A program made the position numbers and the translations under genes. The notes under the pieces are model-generated. The model saw nothing but the letters and a program-made list of their open reading frames with translations, had not been told where the DNA came from and ran no database searches. Shown in pieces: positions 22,482 through 24,000 of a DNA stretch of 24,000 nt; within the stretch, counting starts at the first letter, position 1; the number at the start of each line of letters is the position of its first letter. The stretch comes from an uncultured Photobacterium sp. (GTDB lineage Bacteria; Pseudomonadota; Gammaproteobacteria; Enterobacterales; Vibrionaceae), in the NCBI RefSeq assembly GCF_947502415.1, contig NZ_CANMZV010000016.1, forward strand, positions 37,687 to 61,686, in the 5' to 3' direction.

Positions 22482-23700
22482 ATCCAAAAATCAGGCTGAT
22501 ATTATTACCGCCAAAAGCAAATGAATTACTTAAAATCGCTGGCTTAGCGAGTTCAGTTCCCGCTTCTACCAACTTAACCGGGGCCAATGTGTCAGCAATC
22601 TGGCCATCGTTGATCTGTGCAGGCAATGGTAACTGGTGACGCAGGACATTCCAGCAAATTGCCGCCTCAACGGCACTAGCCGCGCCCAGTGTATGACCCG
22701 TTAACGGTTTGGTTGAACTAACTGGCGTCTGATCACCAAAGATCCGGTAGATCGCCTTAGCTTCCATCTCATCATTCAATGGTGTCGCCGTGCCATGGGC
22801 ATTAACATAACCGATATCTTCCGGATGTAAGCCCGCATCAGCCAGCGCCTTACGCATTGCCTCTTCCGCTCCTTTGCCTTCAGGATGCGGAGCTGAGATA
22901 TGGTGAGCATCGGAGCTGTCTCCCGCACCAAGCAAGGCAATGGCCGGTACATCATCAGCAGCCGCAGAATCATCTGAGTTTAGCGACAATAGCATAAATG
23001 CTGCCGCTTCACCGATATTGATACCTTTGCGATTTGCACTAAACGGATTACAAAGTGAATCCGATAGCGCATCCAGGCCATTAAAACCGTTAAGAGTCAG
23101 GCGGCAAAGTGAATCAGAACCACCGACAACTACGGCATCAACAATCCCAGCTTTTAACAGACGACGGGCAGATAAGAAGACACGGCCGCTCGAAGAGCAG
23201 GCCGTTGATAAGGTATAAGCAGGGCCTTCAATACCAAAATAATCCGCAACAAATTCCCCGATATTGCCCACTTCCTGCACTCGATAGTGGTAGCCTTCCG
23301 GGAACTCGCCATTCTCAATATGGGCGGATAACGCTTTCTCGCCGTCAGCAATACCTGATGTGCTCGTACCGACGATCACCGCAACACGGTCGCGACCATA
23401 TTTGTCAACGGCTTGCTGAACCGTTTCTTCAATTTGCAGCAAAGAAGAAAGGGCCAGGCGGTTATTGAAAGTTGTGTGATGCCCCAGTCGCTCAGGAATA
23501 GTCGGTAATTCACTGACTACTTTACCAATAACTGTATCTGCACCATTGTTTAGCCAACCGGAAACAGGCAGCATATCAGGAGAGCTTCCCTGCTTCAGCC
23601 GAGAATGAATATCCTGCTTAGTGAGTCCTAACGCTGAGTTAAAACCACATCCGTGGATATAAATCGGGGTTGAAGTATATTTCGATATTTTTATATTCAT
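22468..23700 (-). CDS. Beta-ketoacyl synthase, ApeO-type
   Basis: Active-site Cys (LSTACSSSG) and both His residues (NAHGTATPLND, LTGHTLGAAS) are present. The ORF track starts at a GTG at 23715. The ATG at 23700 (MNIKISKY...) is my preferred start. Confidence 0.85.
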   Translation of the reverse strand: MNIKISKYTSTPIYIHGCGFNSALGLTKQDIHSRLKQGSSPDMLPVSGWLNNGADTVIGKVVSELPTIPERLGHHTTFNNRLALSSLLQIEETVQQAVDKYGRDRVAVIVGTSTSGIADGEKALSAHIENGEFPEGYHYRVQEVGNIGEFVADYFGIEGPAYTLSTACSSSGRVFLSARRLLKAGIVDAVVVGGSDSLCRLTLNGFNGLDALSDSLCNPFSANRKGINIGEAAAFMLLSLNSDDSAAADDVPAIALLGAGDSSDAHHISAPHPEGKGAEEAMRKALADAGLHPEDIGYVNAHGTATPLNDEMEAKAIYRIFGDQTPVSSTKPLTGHTLGAASAVEAAICWNVLRHQLPLPAQINDGQIADTLAPVKLVEAGTELAKPAILSNSFAFGGNNISLIFGYAHD

Positions 23701-23718
23701 CGCGATTCTTCGCACTTT

Positions 23719-24000
23719 TTATCGGCTGTAATTTAAGGTTCGAATTGAGATAAGGTATCCCAGTTTTTTATCTTTAAACAGGATGTCGCCATCAAGATGA
23801 GGTACAGAGTTGTAATGAATTTCTATCACAACATCACCTTTATCATCGATTAGCTGTCGCAGCTCAGGTGAATCCTTTAAACGCCACCCTACCGCTTGTA
23901 ACGACTGTTGCCAGGATTCAGCAGGCCACAGTGTCAACATCAAATTGAAAAGTACCTGCTCAGGCTTAGGCAAGGTTTCTCCCAGTCCTGGTAATACCTG
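23719..24000 (-). CDS. Partial CDS (3' end), APE-cluster-associated protein at the ApeN (DUF3261-like) position
   Basis: The frame is open to the right window edge; the TTG at 23973 in the ORF track is probably internal. The stop lies 3 nt before the KS gene. The assignment rests on position only. Confidence 0.4.
   Translation of the reverse strand, partial: QVLPGLGETLPKPEQVLFNLMLTLWPAESWQQSLQAVGWRLKDSPELRQLIDDKGDVVIEIHYNSVPHLDGDILFKDKKLGYLISIRTLNYSR

Noticed and set aside
1-24000. Search for tRNA/rRNA genes, CRISPR arrays, IS elements, integrases, toxin-antitoxin pairs or recognisable defence-system genes
   Set aside because: I saw none. Intergenic regions are AT-rich with only terminator-type hairpins. 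There are no regularly spaced direct repeats, no transposase- or integrase-like ORFs, and the PLD-family protein looks like a lipoprotein phospholipase rather than a defence nuclease.

Overview
The window looks like chromosomal DNA from a marine gammaproteobacterium, possibly Vibrionaceae-like, though that is a guess from gene content and roughly 40-45% GC. It is densely coding. I saw no rRNA, tRNA, CRISPR array, IS element, integrase or phage gene.

Gene order, left to right:
- The 3' end of a gene for a protein with a winged-helix-like C-terminus.
- A lipoprotein of the phospholipase D family with two HKD motifs.
- hppD, on the minus strand.
- A stand-alone CHAD-domain protein.
- A glutathione peroxidase, on the minus strand.
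- A seven-gene plus-strand operon that matches the functionally unassigned E. coli yhfZ-yhfY-php-yhfU-yhfT-yhfX-yhfW cluster gene for gene. Here the order is rearranged and yhfS is absent.
- A 727-aa secreted multidomain protein ending in a CBM5/12 chitin-binding module. No terminator separates it from the yhf-like operon.
- A lactose/cellobiose-family PTS operon (IIB, IIC, IIA). Its fourth gene is an uncharacterised 296-aa protein rather than a phospho-glycosidase, deacetylase or regulator.
- An orphan 192-aa ORF.
- A secreted SYLF/DUF500-like protein and mog, both on the minus strand.
- The distal end of an aryl-polyene (APE)-type type II PKS/FAS-like cluster on the minus strand (KS, dehydratase, ketoreductase, KS), running off the right edge.

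The most interesting signal is regulatory and lies in the sequence itself. A dyad, TTCAA-N4-TTGAA, occurs as a perfect copy only in the two control regions, upstream of the yhf-like operon and upstream of the PTS operon. It is embedded in a 26-nt segment that is 23/26 identical between the two loci. Three further observations fit with this: the yhf-like operon encodes a stand-alone PRD protein, the PTS operon has no regulator of its own, and a chitin-binding secreted protein sits between the two operons. Together these suggest that about 12 kb (roughly 5.2-17.4 kb) forms one PTS-coupled regulon for an unassigned, possibly chitin- or chitosan-derived, substrate. This is a hypothesis, not a demonstrated function.
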